From the NCBI GenBank assembly GCA_965221125.1, contig CBDCRW010000004.1, positions 800,001 through 864,000 on the forward strand: a stretch of DNA of 64,000 nt, given 5' to 3'. A program made the translations under genes and the position numbers. The DNA comes from Alphaproteobacteria bacterium (GTDB lineage: Bacteria > Pseudomonadota > Alphaproteobacteria > UBA828). Position 1 is the stretch's first letter; the number at the start of each line of letters is the position of its first letter. Below the pieces are notes generated by a model. It did not search any database and was not told the DNA's origin. It saw only the letters and a list, made by a program, of their open reading frames with translations. Of the stretch, positions 32,451 to 45,777 are shown piece by piece.

Positions 32451-33506
32451 CTACTGCAGTAGCCACTCGTTGAACTTCTCGCCAAGGGATTCGCCGAAAT
32501 CGGCCCAGAAGATGCCGTCGGCCTTCAGCCCGATGTCGATATGCGCCGTCGGCAGATCGTTCTGTACCGCCGGATCCACCAAAGCCGCCGCGGATCGGCG
32601 CGTCGGCCCGTAGGCCACATCCTGCATGCCGGACAGCGGCACCGTGCCGGTCGCGAATTTCACGAAGTCCATCGCCTGCTCCATGTTCGGCGAGCCCTTC
32701 ACCACCGACCACACGTCGAGGTCGAAGATGTGGCTGTCCCAGACCATGACGAAGGGACGGTCATGGTCCTGGATGTCCTTGAAGATGCGGCCGTTGGCCG
32801 ACTGCACCAGGACCGCCCCGCCGTCGTTCAGCAGCTGGGGCGCCTGCGACCATGACTCGTACCAGACGAGGTCGTCCCGGATGGTGTCGAGCTTGGCGAA
32901 GGCCCGCGCCTGGCCCTCGTCCGTCGCCAGCGTCTCGTACACCTGGTCGCGCGGCACGCCGTCGGCGATGAGCGCCCACTCGAGGTTGACCTGCGGCCGC
33001 TTCCGCATGGCCCGCTTGCCGGGGAAGGTCTCGGTATCGAAGAAGTCCTCGATCTTGCTGGGCGTGCCGCCCTGGATCGTCTCGGTGTTGTAGGCGTAGA
33101 TGATGGTCCAGAAGATCACGCCGACGCCGCACTCGTTGGCGAGCGCCTCCTCGAAGAAGTCCTCCTCGGCCGGCGTGCCGTCGTCGCCGGGCGGCAGGAT
33201 ATCGCGGGGGATGATCTCCAGCAGGCCTTCGGAGCAGGCCCTCTCCAGGTCGATCACCTCGATATCGACGACATCCCACTGGATGTTGCCGGCTTCCACC
33301 TGCGCCTTGATCTCGGCGATGCCGCCGGAATAGTCCTCGAACAGCACATTGTTGCCGCTGGCCGCGATGTAGGGGTCGACCATGTGCTCCTTCTGCGCGG
33401 CACCGTAAGCGCCGCCGAAGGACACGGCGGTGAGATCCCGCGCCGCCGCAGGGGTAGCAGCGACGGCCAGGATTGCCGCTGCGCTCAACAGGGTCTTGAG
33501 TCTCAT
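32451..33506 (-). CDS. Polyamine-type ABC transporter substrate-binding protein (PotD-like)
   Basis: Signal peptide MRLKTLLSAAAILAVAATPAAA; VSFGGAY, IQWDVVD, FPGKRAMRK, LEWALIADGV; start at ATG 33506. Confidence 0.92.
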   Translation of the reverse strand: MRLKTLLSAAAILAVAATPAAARDLTAVSFGGAYGAAQKEHMVDPYIAASGNNVLFEDYSGGIAEIKAQVEAGNIQWDVVDIEVIDLERACSEGLLEIIPRDILPPGDDGTPAEEDFFEEALANECGVGVIFWTIIYAYNTETIQGGTPSKIEDFFDTETFPGKRAMRKRPQVNLEWALIADGVPRDQVYETLATDEGQARAFAKLDTIRDDLVWYESWSQAPQLLNDGGAVLVQSANGRIFKDIQDHDRPFVMVWDSHIFDLDVWSVVKGSPNMEQAMDFVKFATGTVPLSGMQDVAYGPTRRSAAALVDPAVQNDLPTAHIDIGLKADGIFWADFGESLGEKFNEWLLQ

Positions 33507-33568
33507 CGTCTTTCTCCCTTTCGTTGATAACGGTTGATCTTCGGTCGCCATAAAAGGCTCATCCGCGC

Positions 33569-34744
33569 TCACATCGTGCGGAAGGCAAAGCAGTCGCTTC
33601 GTTGCCACTGAAGCCGTGCAAACTCTCCCTCCTGAAACTTCGGTGCCGTCAAATCGTTCAAGAGTTTCACGGTTATTTCCGTCCCGTCCTCCAGCTCGAA
33701 GTAGTAGCGAATGAAGTCGCCGACGTAGTGACGCACGATGAAGCGCGCCGTGATTTCGTTGTCGTGGCTGCTTCCGTTCGTCTCGAGAAATATTTTCTCG
33801 GGCCGTACCGATACGATGCAGGGGGCACCGATATCCTTGGCGTCGGCCAACGCGGTCACGACGTGCTGATCGCCCGAAATGGAGACCCGCACCGTGCGGT
33901 CGTCCACGGCGGCAACGGTGCCGGGCACCATGTTGTTCTCGCCGATGAAGTCGGCGACGAAGGCGTTTCCGGGCCGTTCGTAGAGCTCGTCGGGCGTGGC
34001 GCACTGCTGGACGACGCCGTCGTTGAACACGGCGATCCGATCCGACATCGTGAGCGCCTCGGTCTGGTCGTGCGTCACGTAGATGACGGTGAAGCCGAGG
34101 CGCTGATGCAGCCGGGTGATCTCGAACTGCATCTGCTCGCGCAGCTTCTTGTCCAGCGCGCCCAGCGGCTCGTCCATCAGGACGAGCGACGGCTCGAAGA
34201 TCAGCGCGCGGGCGAGCGCCACGCGCTGGCGCTGGCCGCCGGAAAGCTGGGACGGATGGCGGTTGCCGAAATCGCCGAGCTCCACCAGGGACAGGTATTC
34301 CTCGACCCGCTCCTTGATGACGCTGCGGCCGACCTTCCTGGCCTTGAGGGGGTAGGCGAGGTTCTCGGCTACCGTCATGTGGGGAAACAGCGCGTAGTTC
34401 TGGAAGACGATGCCGATGTTGCGCTTGTTGGGCGCGGTGCGGGTGATGGGGGCGCCGCCGATCAGGATGTCGCCGCCGGTGACGCTCTCGAAGCCGGCCA
34501 GCAGCATGAGCACCGTCGTCTTGCCCGAGCCGGACGGCCCCAGCAGGGTGATGAACTCCCCCTTGGCGACGTCGAGATCGAAGCCCTTCACGACCAGCGT
34601 CCTGCGGTCGTAGCTCTTCTTCACGTCGATGAAGCGGAGAAACCCTTCCGGCCCTGGGGGTTGAGCCGCTTGGTCGTCTCTTTCGCCGCCCGGAGATGGC
34701 CTGCCCGCGCTCTCTTGCCGAACACCCGCTTCAGTGCGTTCCAT
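33569..34744 (-). CDS. Polyamine-type ABC transporter ATP-binding protein (PotA-like)
   Basis: GPSGSGKTT, FQNYALFPH, LSGGQRQR, LMDEPLGALD, TOBE C-terminus; start uncertain. Confidence 0.93.
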   Translation of the reverse strand: MERTEAGVRQESAGRPSPGGERDDQAAQPPGPEGFLRFIDVKKSYDRRTLVVKGFDLDVAKGEFITLLGPSGSGKTTVLMLLAGFESVTGGDILIGGAPITRTAPNKRNIGIVFQNYALFPHMTVAENLAYPLKARKVGRSVIKERVEEYLSLVELGDFGNRHPSQLSGGQRQRVALARALIFEPSLVLMDEPLGALDKKLREQMQFEITRLHQRLGFTVIYVTHDQTEALTMSDRIAVFNDGVVQQCATPDELYERPGNAFVADFIGENNMVPGTVAAVDDRTVRVSISGDQHVVTALADAKDIGAPCIVSVRPEKIFLETNGSSHDNEITARFIVRHYVGDFIRYYFELEDGTEITVKLLNDLTAPKFQEGEFARLQWQRSDCFAFRTM

Positions 34745-35206
34745 GGCAGGGACCGGCAAGAGGGTTTATCCCGGACACTGGGTGGGTTACTTGGGCGAGT
34801 CTCCAATGACGTGTTGGGGTACCGGCTCCGCTCGCCACCGCGCCTGCGCAACGGGAGCACCGCGCACCGATTGCCGCGGGTCTCTTGACGTGCCCCGCCC
34901 TGACGTCCCGACTCACTCTTCGCAATTCCGTCGGCGGACTGCCATGCTGCCCATGCCGCGATTCCCCGCGCCGTTCAGCATGTACCCTCCCCCGGACCAG
35001 CACTCACCGCAGCGCGTGCGCGCCGGCCGTTGCGGTCGACACTTCAGTGGTTCGCAAGTATACAAGCTGTTATGCGAATTGTATGATCAAAGCGGGGTCA
35101 GATATGCGAATATAGGGAAACTTTCTCCCGCTTCCGTCTATCCCCACGCTGCCCGCGCAGGGCGCCAAACAAGAGCCAGGGACCAGCCGATGGCCGCACC
35201 GCCCTG

Positions 35207-35386
35207 AAAGGCGAAGGTTTCGAGTTCGTCGGCGAGCAATACCGGCTGGACGAAGGAATCGGCATCGCCGTGCACCACGAGGACGCCTCACTTCGGCAAC
35301 GCCTGAGCGGCGCGCTCAAGGCCATCCTGGAGGACGGCACCTATGAGCGGATCAACGCCCGCTACTTCCCGTTCAGCATCTACTAG
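35207..35386 (+). pseudogene. C-terminal remnant of a polar amino-acid ABC substrate-binding protein (ArgT/HisJ family)
   Basis: Manual translation KGEGFEFVGEQYRLDEGIGIAVHHEDASLRQRLSGALKAILEDGTYERINARYFPFSIY*; no matching N-terminus upstream. Confidence 0.75.
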
Positions 35387-35534
35387 GTTGATTGGGGGCG
35401 CGCTACCAGGTTCGGGAACGCCGTCTCGGTGCCGATCCTCTGCCCGGCGGGGCGCACATGCGAAGACGCCGGGGCGAACAGCGCGCGCGTCAGCGTCTCC
35501 GGGTGCTCGTCGTGGTCGCCGGAGATGGCGCCGG

Positions 35535-36932
35535 TCAGTTGCCGGTGAGCAGGCGGTCCACCAGCTGGCGCACGGACGGGATGAAGCGGTTCGAGTAGAA
35601 GGGGTCGTCCGCGAACCTGAACGCCGCGTGGCCGGCGAACATGAGCTGGTTCTCGATGTCCTCGCCGTGGATGATCTCCTGCAGCGTCTTCTGGATGCAG
35701 TAGCTGCGGGGGTCGGTCTTCTTGCCGGTCGAGCCCGTCTCGTTGGTCGCCCAGTTGCTGAAGCGGCAGGCGCTGAGGCAGCCCATGCAGGCCGCCTGGT
35801 CGGCCCTGATTTCGCGCGCCTTCTCGTCGGTCACGAAGATGATCGTGGTGTCGGGGGTCTTCAGCACCGAGGTGAAGCCCTCGTCCATCCACTCCTCGGC
35901 CCGCACCAGATCGCCCCCGGTCAGCCAGAAGCTGCGCTCGCGCGGGCCGGGCGTGAATTTCCGATCGTGGTCGCCGATGGGCTCGGCGGTATAGGCCACC
36001 TGGCGCTGCTCGCGCTCGGCGAGCTCGTGGATGAAGGCGTTGCGCACGGCGGACGAGTAGAATCCGGTCGGGCTAAAGCGGTTCAGGTTGACGTCCCCTT
36101 CCTTCATCGTCAGCAGCTTGCGCTTCCACGTTTCGGAGATGGGGCTTTCCTCGGTCACCAGCGGGCGGGTGCCGAACTGAAAGACGACGGGGCCGATCTC
36201 GGGATTGTCGAGCCAGTCCTCCCAGTCGCGCAGGTACCAGACCCCGCCCGCCATCACGATGGGCACGTCGTCGAGGCCGTACTCGTTCATCTGCTTGCGC
36301 AAGGCGGCGACCCGCGGATAGGCGGGCTCGGGCTGTTCGGGATCCTCGCTGTTGGAAAGCCCGTTGTGGCCGCCGGCGCGCCAGGGGTCCTCGTAGACCA
36401 CGCCGCCCATCCACTCGGAGAAGCGATGGTAGGCGCGCTTCCAGAGCGCGCGGAACGCCCGCGCCGACGAGATGATCGGGTAGTAGTGGACCTCGTACTG
36501 CGCGGACACCTCGGCGAGCCGGTAGGGCATCCCGGCGCCGCAGGTCACGCCGTGAATGAGGCCGCGCGTGGCTTCGAGGACGCCGTGCAGGATGCGCTCG
36601 GCGGCGGCCATCTCCCACAGCACGTTCATGTGGAGCCGGCCCTCGCCGCCCGAGACGTCGTGGGCGATCCGGGCCTGCGTGATGCCGCCCCGGATCGCGT
36701 AGTCGACGAGCTCCTCGTGGCGCTCCTTTCGCGTACGCCCGCGATAGACCTGCGGGACGGCACGGCCCTTCTCGTCGTAGGAGTCGGCGTTGACGCCGGA
36801 GAAGGTGCCGACGCCGCCGGCGGCGGCCCAGGCGCCCGAGCTCAGGCCGTTGGTCACGCCGATGCCCTTGCCCCCTTCGATCAGGGGCAGAACTTCGCGA
36901 CCCGACAACCTGATTGCGTTCAACGCCTTCAT
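35535..36932 (-). CDS. Nitronate monooxygenase family / NAD(P)H-dependent flavin oxidoreductase
   Basis: LIEGGKGIG, CGAGMP, YEDPWRAGGHNG, VMAGG, FQFGTRPL, FSPTGF, LMFAGH. Confidence 0.88.
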   Translation of the reverse strand: MKALNAIRLSGREVLPLIEGGKGIGVTNGLSSGAWAAAGGVGTFSGVNADSYDEKGRAVPQVYRGRTRKERHEELVDYAIRGGITQARIAHDVSGGEGRLHMNVLWEMAAAERILHGVLEATRGLIHGVTCGAGMPYRLAEVSAQYEVHYYPIISSARAFRALWKRAYHRFSEWMGGVVYEDPWRAGGHNGLSNSEDPEQPEPAYPRVAALRKQMNEYGLDDVPIVMAGGVWYLRDWEDWLDNPEIGPVVFQFGTRPLVTEESPISETWKRKLLTMKEGDVNLNRFSPTGFYSSAVRNAFIHELAEREQRQVAYTAEPIGDHDRKFTPGPRERSFWLTGGDLVRAEEWMDEGFTSVLKTPDTTIIFVTDEKAREIRADQAACMGCLSACRFSNWATNETGSTGKKTDPRSYCIQKTLQEIIHGEDIENQLMFAGHAAFRFADDPFYSNRFIPSVRQLVDRLLTGN

Positions 36933-37071
36933 AGTCGGTCCGTCCACCGTTGCGCCTGGCTCGCTCCACGCGCCGTGGCGAGGCAGGGTGGCGGGCCGGC
37001 GCCGCCGCTACGCCGCGATGTGGGCGGCGGCAGCGCCGATTGCAAGATGTCGCTTCTCTCGGCGGCTTTTC

Positions 37072-39198
<2,127 letters not shown>

Positions 39199-39245
39199 GC
39201 TGTTTCCTTCGTTCCATTGGCGAGCCGCTCATTCGGCCCGCCCCT

Positions 39246-39280
39246 GCATGAGCGCAGCGTCGGAGGCTGCGGCCCCATGC
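39246..39280 (-). promoter_or_regulatory. Stem-loop in the pnp leader (possible RNase III/autoregulation element)
   Basis: GCATGAGCGCAGC..GCTGCGGCCCCATGC imperfect inverted repeat between rpsO and pnp; function inferred from the E. coli precedent. Confidence 0.35.
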
Positions 39281-39345
39281 CGCGCCTCCCGCCATGCCCT
39301 CTTGACCCGCGTGCCGCATGCGTGCGGACCACGCGAACGCCAATT

Positions 39346-39615
39346 CTATTTGCGCAAGCCCAGCCGCTGAATCACGGTGGCATAGCGCTCCTGATCGTTG
39401 CGCTTGAGATAGTCGAGCAGGCGGCGCCTGCGGCTGACCATCTTCAGGAGGCCCTGCCTCGAATGAAGATCCTTCTTGTGGGTCCGAAAGTGCTCGGTCA
39501 GGTTGTTGATCCGTTCGGTCAGGATCGCGACCTGGACTTCCGGCGAGCCGGTATCGTCGGTCTTGGTGGCGTAATCCGATATCAGCTCTGTCTTCCGCGC
39601 AGCGGTGATCGACAT
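39346..39615 (-). CDS. rpsO: 30S ribosomal protein S15
   Basis: [31 protein letters not shown]; 89 aa. Confidence 0.99.
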   Translation of the reverse strand: MSITAARKTELISDYATKTDDTGSPEVQVAILTERINNLTEHFRTHKKDLHSRQGLLKMVSRRRRLLDYLKRNDQERYATVIQRLGLRK

Positions 39616-39628
39616 CTGGCTACTCCGC

Positions 39629-40528
39629 TTATTGAATGTTGAAGACCCGCACCGGGCGGGCCTGACCCGCGCCGACTTCGGCTAGCGCCACGAGGCGGGA
39701 GCCGGCGGTGGCGCGGACCCTTCCGGGCGCCGCACCGGGCGCAGGCACAGGCTGGCCGTGGCGCAGACGATCTGCCTCGCGCGCGGTCAGGGGCAGAGCC
39801 GGGATGTCGGCCAGCACTGCATCGACCGGCAGCAGGCTTTCGGCGAGGCCCGGACTATGCCCCAGTGCGACCAGTTTATCCAGTGGTTTCGCATCGTCCT
39901 CGGTGAACGGCCCGACCGCGGAGCGGCGCAGCCAGCTCACGTGGCCCACCGTCCCCGCAGCCCGGGCGATGTCGCGGGCGAGCGCCCTGACGTACGTCCC
40001 CTTGCCGCACGTGACCTCGAAGGCGGCGCCCTCGTCGTCGGCCTCGGTCAGCGTGAGGCTCGCCACGTGGACGGTGCGGGGCGCAAGCTGCGGCGGCCGG
40101 CCCCGGCGCGCCAGCGCGTAGGCGCGCTCGCCGCCCACCTTGAGGGCGGAGAATGCCGGCGGCACCTGCTCGATGCGGCCGATGAAGGCGGGGAGCACGC
40201 TTGCGAGCGCCGACTCGGACGGGCGGCTCCCGCTGGTCTCGATCACCGTTCCCTCGGCGTCGTCGGTATCGCGCTGCTCGCCCCAGCGCACGCCGAAGCG
40301 GTAGCGCTTGGTCGCGTCCATCACGAACGAGACCGTCTTGGTCGCCTCGCCAATGGCGATGGGCAGGACGCCCGTGGCCATCGGATCGAGCGTGCCGGCA
40401 TGGCCCACCTTCGCGCCGCGCCCGACCAGGGCCTTGATGCGGGCAACGGTCGCCGCAGAGGTGATGCCGCCCGGCTTGTCGACCACCAGCCAGCCGTGGA
40501 GCGCGCGCGGGGCCGCGCCGTCAGCCAT
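39629..40528 (-). CDS. truB: tRNA pseudouridine(55) synthase
   Basis: [40 protein letters not shown]. Confidence 0.98.
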   Translation of the reverse strand: MADGAAPRALHGWLVVDKPGGITSAATVARIKALVGRGAKVGHAGTLDPMATGVLPIAIGEATKTVSFVMDATKRYRFGVRWGEQRDTDDAEGTVIETSGSRPSESALASVLPAFIGRIEQVPPAFSALKVGGERAYALARRGRPPQLAPRTVHVASLTLTEADDEGAAFEVTCGKGTYVRALARDIARAAGTVGHVSWLRRSAVGPFTEDDAKPLDKLVALGHSPGLAESLLPVDAVLADIPALPLTAREADRLRHGQPVPAPGAAPGRVRATAGSRLVALAEVGAGQARPVRVFNIQ

Positions 40529-40904
40529 CGGAACCGCCGCCCGCGTCGAGCAGCCTGTCGATGCGCTCGACGTTCTCGAAGCTGCGGTCGAGCTCGAAGC
40601 GGAGCGTGGGCGAGAATTTGAGCCTGACGCGGCGGTTCACCTCGCCCCGCAGGTAGCCTGCGGCGCGCTGCAGGGCGTCGATCGCTTCCGCCGCCCGCTC
40701 GCCGCCGAGGGGCATCACGTAGACCCTGGCGGAGCGCAGGTCCGGCGCCGGCCGCACCTCCGTCACGGTGAGGCGGACTTCGCTCAGGACGGGATCGCGG
40801 AACTGGCTGCGGGCGAGCGATTCGGACAGCGCCACCCTGATAAGCTCGCCGACCCGCCGCTGCCGTTGGCTGGGCGTGTCAGCGCTGCCGCTTCTCCTCG
40901 TCAT
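40521..40904 (-). CDS. rbfA: Ribosome-binding factor A
   Basis: RQRRVGELIR, VTEVRPAPDLRSARVY, LKFSPTLRF. Confidence 0.97.
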   Translation of the reverse strand: MTRRSGSADTPSQRQRRVGELIRVALSESLARSQFRDPVLSEVRLTVTEVRPAPDLRSARVYVMPLGGERAAEAIDALQRAAGYLRGEVNRRVRLKFSPTLRFELDRSFENVERIDRLLDAGGGSDG

Positions 40905-40928
40905 CGGTCGCTGGGCAGACGCCGCGCT

Positions 40929-43574
40929 CTACGCGTCCAGCGTGCGCGCGACCTCCTCGATCTCATAGAGCTCGATGACGTCGCCTTCGCGCAGGTCGGT
41001 GTGGTTCTCGAAGGACATGCCGCACTCGTAACCTTCCTTTACCTCGCGCACGTCGTCCTTGAAGCGCCGGAGCGTCTTGAGCGCGCCGTCGTGAATGACG
41101 ACGTCGTCGCGCAGCAGCCGCGCCTTCGAGCCCCGGCGCACGAGGCCGTTGGTCACCCGGCAGCCCGCGACCTTGCCCACGCGGCCCACCTCGAACACTT
41201 GCAGGATCTGGGCGCTGCCCATCGTCCGCTCGCGCGCCTCCGGGCGCAGCATCCCTTCGAGGCTGGCACGCACCTCGTCGACCACGTCGTAGATGACGGC
41301 GTGGTAGCGAAGCTCGATCGCCGTCCGCGCGGCGAGCTCGCGCGCCTGCGCGTTCGCGCGCACGTTGAAGCCGATGATGGCCGCATCCGACGCAGCCGCG
41401 AGCGTCACGTCGGACTCGGTGATGCCGCCGACGCCCGAATGGAGCACGCGCACCGCCACCTCGTCCGTGCCCAGCCGGCCGAGCGCGCCCACCAGCGCCT
41501 CCACCGAGCCTTGCACGTCCGCCTTGATGACGAGCGGCAGCTCGCTCTTGCCTTCCTTCTCCTGAATCTCGGAGAAGAGCTGCTCCAGGCTCAGCGGCGC
41601 GCCGCGCGCGACCTCCTTCTCCCTGGCGCGCGCCTGGCGGAACTCGGAGACCTCCCGCGCCCGGCGCTCGTTCTCGACCACCACGACCTCGTCGCCCGCG
41701 AGCGGCGCCCCGCTCAGCCCGAGAACCTCGACCGGCACCGCAGGCCCCGCCTCCCTGGCGGCGGCGCCGTGGTCGTCGTACATCGCCCGCACCCGGCCCC
41801 ACTGCGCGCCGGCAACGACGATATCGCCGATACGGAGCGTGCCGCGCTGGACCAGGACGGTCGCCACCGCGCCGCGCCCCCGGTCCACCTTGGCCTCGAT
41901 CACGACGCCTTCGGCAGCGCGGTCCGGATTGGCGGTGAGCTCCAGCAGCTCCGCCTGGAGCAGGATCGCCTCCTCCAGCTTGTCGAGGTTGAGCTTCTGG
42001 GTCGCCGATATCTCGACCGCGAGCACGTCCCCGCCCATCTCCTCCGTCACGATCTCGTGCTGGAGCAGGTCCTGGCGCACGCGGCCCGGATCGGCGTCTG
42101 GCCGGTCGATCTTGTTGATGGCGATGAGGATGGGCACGCCTGCCGCCCGCGCATGATTGATGGCTTCCGCGGTCTGCGGCATGACGCCGTCGTCGGCCGA
42201 AACCACGAGCACGACGATATCCGTGACGCTCGCGCCACGCGCGCGCATCTCCGTGAAGGCGGCGTGGCCGGGCGTGTCGATGAAGGTGATGCGGGACCCC
42301 TTCGGCGTCTCCACCTGGTAGGCGCCGATATGCTGCGTGATGCCGCCCGCCTCGCCGGAGGCCACGTCGCTGGAGCGGATGGCGTCGAGCAGCGACGTCT
42401 TGCCGTGATCGACATGGCCCATGACGGTGACCACGGGGGGACGCGAGAGAAGGGCGTCGGCGGCATCGTCCTCGCCCTTGAGCCCGATCTCGACATCGGA
42501 CTCGCTGACGCGCCTGACCTTGTGGCCGAACTCCTCGACCACGAGCTGTGCGGTGTCCGCGTCGATGGTCTGGGTGATGGTGACGACCGTGCCCATCTCC
42601 ATCAGGCGCTTGACGACCTCGGCGCCGCGCACGGCCATGCGGCTGGCGAGATCCTGCACCGTGATCGCTTCGGGAACCACGACCTCGCGCACCACCGGCT
42701 TGAGCTCGTCGGCCCGCATCGCCTCCCGCGCGAGGCGCTTTTCGCGCTCGCGCTGGCGCCGCAACGACGCGAGGCTGCGCCCGCGCTGCTCGCCGACGGT
42801 GCCGTCGAGCGCTTCCGACAGCGTGATCTTGCCGCCGCGCCGGCGCGGCTGGTCGCGCCGCGTGGGGCTGGGGGGGCGGCGCTGCTCGCCACGGCGGCGC
42901 GGCCTGCCACGGTCCTCCTCCGCCGGCGCATCGCCCGGCCGGGCGGGCCTCGCCGCGGCCGGCGCCTCGGCCGCCGCGGCTTCTTCCGGCTTGGGCTCCT
43001 CCGGCTGAGGCAGCCGTTTGGCGGCATCTTCCTCCGCTCGCTTGCGCGCGTCCTCCTCGGCCTTGCGGCGCGCGTCCTCTTCGCTCTTCCGCCGCTCCGC
43101 CTCGGCGTGTTCGACGGCCTGGCGCTCTTCCTCCTCGGCACGCCGCCGGGCTTCCTCCTCCGCCCGCTCGCGCTCCTGGCGCTCGGCGCGTATCGCGTCC
43201 TCGACGGCACGGGCACGGGCGGCTTTCTCGTCGCTCGTCAGCGTGCGCAGGACGACCCGTGAGCGGGGCGCGGTGGAGGTCTGCTGCACCTCCTCCTGAG
43301 GAGGAGGAGGCGGCGCCGCTTCGGCCACCGGCTCCGGCGGCGACGCCTTGGGCGGGGCCTTCGGCTTGGGCGCGACCGCCGCATCGGCGGCGGGGCTCCG
43401 CTTCAGCGTCCGCTTCTTGCGCACCTCGACGGCGACGGCACGGCTGCGGCCGTGCGAGAAGCTCTGCCGCACCTGGCCGGCGTCGACCGTCTTCTTGAGC
43501 TCGAGCCGCCCCGGCCGCTTCAGCGAGAGCGGCTTGCGGCGTTCCTGATCACCGGCTTCGGTTTCGTCAGTCAT
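40929..43574 (-). CDS. infB: Translation initiation factor IF-2
   Basis: [41 protein letters not shown]. Confidence 0.99.
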   Translation of the reverse strand: MTDETEAGDQERRKPLSLKRPGRLELKKTVDAGQVRQSFSHGRSRAVAVEVRKKRTLKRSPAADAAVAPKPKAPPKASPPEPVAEAAPPPPPQEEVQQTSTAPRSRVVLRTLTSDEKAARARAVEDAIRAERQERERAEEEARRRAEEEERQAVEHAEAERRKSEEDARRKAEEDARKRAEEDAAKRLPQPEEPKPEEAAAAEAPAAARPARPGDAPAEEDRGRPRRRGEQRRPPSPTRRDQPRRRGGKITLSEALDGTVGEQRGRSLASLRRQREREKRLAREAMRADELKPVVREVVVPEAITVQDLASRMAVRGAEVVKRLMEMGTVVTITQTIDADTAQLVVEEFGHKVRRVSESDVEIGLKGEDDAADALLSRPPVVTVMGHVDHGKTSLLDAIRSSDVASGEAGGITQHIGAYQVETPKGSRITFIDTPGHAAFTEMRARGASVTDIVVLVVSADDGVMPQTAEAINHARAAGVPILIAINKIDRPDADPGRVRQDLLQHEIVTEEMGGDVLAVEISATQKLNLDKLEEAILLQAELLELTANPDRAAEGVVIEAKVDRGRGAVATVLVQRGTLRIGDIVVAGAQWGRVRAMYDDHGAAAREAGPAVPVEVLGLSGAPLAGDEVVVVENERRAREVSEFRQARAREKEVARGAPLSLEQLFSEIQEKEGKSELPLVIKADVQGSVEALVGALGRLGTDEVAVRVLHSGVGGITESDVTLAAASDAAIIGFNVRANAQARELAARTAIELRYHAVIYDVVDEVRASLEGMLRPEARERTMGSAQILQVFEVGRVGKVAGCRVTNGLVRRGSKARLLRDDVVIHDGALKTLRRFKDDVREVKEGYECGMSFENHTDLREGDVIELYEIEEVARTLDA

Positions 43575-44182
43575 GATGCCTTGTCCCGATCGCCGGATTC
43601 TGCACGCACGCCATCGAGCCGCGCCGATTCCCGAAGGAACCGCTCGGCGAGTCGGCCGGGCGCCAATGCGGCGTGCACCACATTCTCACGGCCCAGGCTG
43701 CGGCTCAACGTAGCGCCATCGAAATGCGCGATCACGGGAATGTCCCGCGCGAGCGCGCCGAGGCGTGCCCGGCCGTGCCGGGCGCCGTCGCTCGCTTCCA
43801 CCAGGACGGCCACGCGACGCTCGACGAGCGCCCGCTGCACCTTGTCGAAGCCCATGACGAGGCCGCCCGCGCGCCGCGCCAGGCCGAGCACATCCAGCGC
43901 CCGCGCGGTCAATTGCCGCTCCACCTCGTCGATCAGATCGGGGGCCACGACGATCGGCCGCCGCGCGGCGCGGGCGAACAGGCCGCGCTCGCAGGCCTTC
44001 GCCAGCAAGGCGCGCTCGGCGGAGATCCACAGGCCCCGCCCCGGCAGCGATTCGCCCAGGTCGGGCACCAGCGCGCCCTCCGGTCCGACCACGAAGCGCA
44101 GCAAGGCATCGCGGGGCCGGCTGGCGCCGCTTGCGATGCAGCGCCGGGCTCCGGCATCCGACGAAACCTGGCTCTCGCTCAT
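43571..44182 (-). CDS. YlxR/DUF448 plus L7Ae-like RNA-binding protein
   Basis: [47 protein letters not shown]; between nusA and infB; start at ATG 44182. Confidence 0.9.
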   Translation of the reverse strand: MSESQVSSDAGARRCIASGASRPRDALLRFVVGPEGALVPDLGESLPGRGLWISAERALLAKACERGLFARAARRPIVVAPDLIDEVERQLTARALDVLGLARRAGGLVMGFDKVQRALVERRVAVLVEASDGARHGRARLGALARDIPVIAHFDGATLSRSLGRENVVHAALAPGRLAERFLRESARLDGVRAESGDRDKAS

Positions 44183-44196
44183 GTGTGCCCGCGCGG

Positions 44197-45777
44197 TCAA
44201 ACGTTCGCTCTCTCGTGCTCCTCGGCGTCGGCAGCCTCGTCGGCCTCCGCCCCGTCGACCGGCTCTTCGTCCTCGAACCAGTGGGCCCGCGCCAGCATGA
44301 TGACGGCGTTGGCCTCGTCGATCGTGGGCGCGAGGTCGCCCAGCATCTCGATGAACTCGTCGCCGGCGAGGTCGCCCAGATCGTCCAGCGTCTTGACGCC
44401 ATTCTCGCCGAGGGCCACGAGGATCGCCGGGTCCAGGCCCTCGATGGCGGCCACCTCGTCGCTGACGCCGAGCTCGATGCGGCGCTCGTTCAGCGCCCGG
44501 TTCGTCGCTTCGACGTAAGCCCCGGCCCGCTCGGCCAGCTCGATCGCCAGCTCCTCCTCGAAGCCCTCGATCGCCGCCAGCTCCTCGAGCGGCACGTAGG
44601 CCACTTCGTCGACCGTGCTGAAGCCCTCCGTCACGAGCAGGTGGGCGATCACCTCGTCCACGTCGAGCGCCTTCATGAACATCTCGGAGCGCGTGAGGAA
44701 CTCCTCCTGGCGGCGCTCCGATTCCTCGGCCTCGGTCAGGATGTCGATGTCCCAGCCCGTGAGGTTGGAGGCGAGACGCACGTTCTGCCCGCGCCGGCCG
44801 ATGGCCAAAGAGAGCTGCTCGTCCGGCACGACCACCTCGATGCGCTTGGCTTCCTCGTCGAGCACGACCTTGGTGACCTCGGCCGGCGCCAGCGCGTTGA
44901 CGATGAACGCGGCGGGATCGGGCGACCACTGGATAATGTCGATCTTCTCGCCCTGCAGCTCGCCGACGACCGCCTGTACGCGCGAGCCGCGCATGCCGAC
45001 GCAGGCGCCGACGGGGTCGATGCTGCTGTCGTTGGAATGCACGGCGATCTTGGCGCGGCTGCCGGGGTCGCGGGCCACGGCGTCGATCTCGATGATGCCG
45101 TCGTAGATCTCCGGCACTTCCTGGGCGAAGAGCTTGGCCATGAAGTTGGGATGGGTGCGCGACATGAAGATCTGCGGCCCGCGCGGCTCGCGGCGCACGT
45201 CGTAGATGTAGGCGCGCACGCGGTCGCCGTTGCGGAAGGATTCGCGCGGCAGCAGGTCTTCGCGGCGGATCACCGCCTCGGCCCGGCCCAGGTCGACGGT
45301 GAGCCCGCCGTACTCGGTCCGCTTGACGAGGCCGTTGGCGATCTCCTGCACGCGGTCCTTGTATTCCTCGTACTGGCGCGCGCGCTCGGCCTCACGCACC
45401 TTCTGCACGATCACCTGCTTCGCCGTCTGCGCCGCGATGCGGCCGAAGTCGATGGGCGGCAGCGGGTCGGCCAGATAGTCACCGACCTGCGCGGCCGGGT
45501 TGCGCTCCTGCGCCTCGCTGATCGCGATCTGGGTCGCCTCGTTCTCGATCTCCTCGGCGACTTCCAGGTAGCGCATGAGCTTGATCTCGCCGGTCTCGCG
45601 GTCGATATCGGTGCGGATGTCGTGCTCCTGGCCGTACTTCCGCTTGCCGGCGTGGGTGATCGCCTGCTCCATGGCCTCGAGCACGAGCTCGCGCTCGATC
45701 CCCTTCTCCCTGGCGACGGCGTCGGCCACCTGGAGAAGCTCGAGGCGGGCGAGGCCCGACGTGTCCTGATCCGCCAT
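44197..45777 (-). CDS. nusA: Transcription termination/antitermination factor NusA
   Basis: [53 protein letters not shown]; start at ATG 45777. Confidence 0.98.
   Translation of the reverse strand: MADQDTSGLARLELLQVADAVAREKGIERELVLEAMEQAITHAGKRKYGQEHDIRTDIDRETGEIKLMRYLEVAEEIENEATQIAISEAQERNPAAQVGDYLADPLPPIDFGRIAAQTAKQVIVQKVREAERARQYEEYKDRVQEIANGLVKRTEYGGLTVDLGRAEAVIRREDLLPRESFRNGDRVRAYIYDVRREPRGPQIFMSRTHPNFMAKLFAQEVPEIYDGIIEIDAVARDPGSRAKIAVHSNDSSIDPVGACVGMRGSRVQAVVGELQGEKIDIIQWSPDPAAFIVNALAPAEVTKVVLDEEAKRIEVVVPDEQLSLAIGRRGQNVRLASNLTGWDIDILTEAEESERRQEEFLTRSEMFMKALDVDEVIAHLLVTEGFSTVDEVAYVPLEELAAIEGFEEELAIELAERAGAYVEATNRALNERRIELGVSDEVAAIEGLDPAILVALGENGVKTLDDLGDLAGDEFIEMLGDLAPTIDEANAVIMLARAHWFEDEEPVDGAEADEAADAEEHERANV

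Noticed and set aside
43020-43200. Repetitive [11 protein letters not shown]-coding tract
   Set aside because: This is the normal charged helical region of IF-2.
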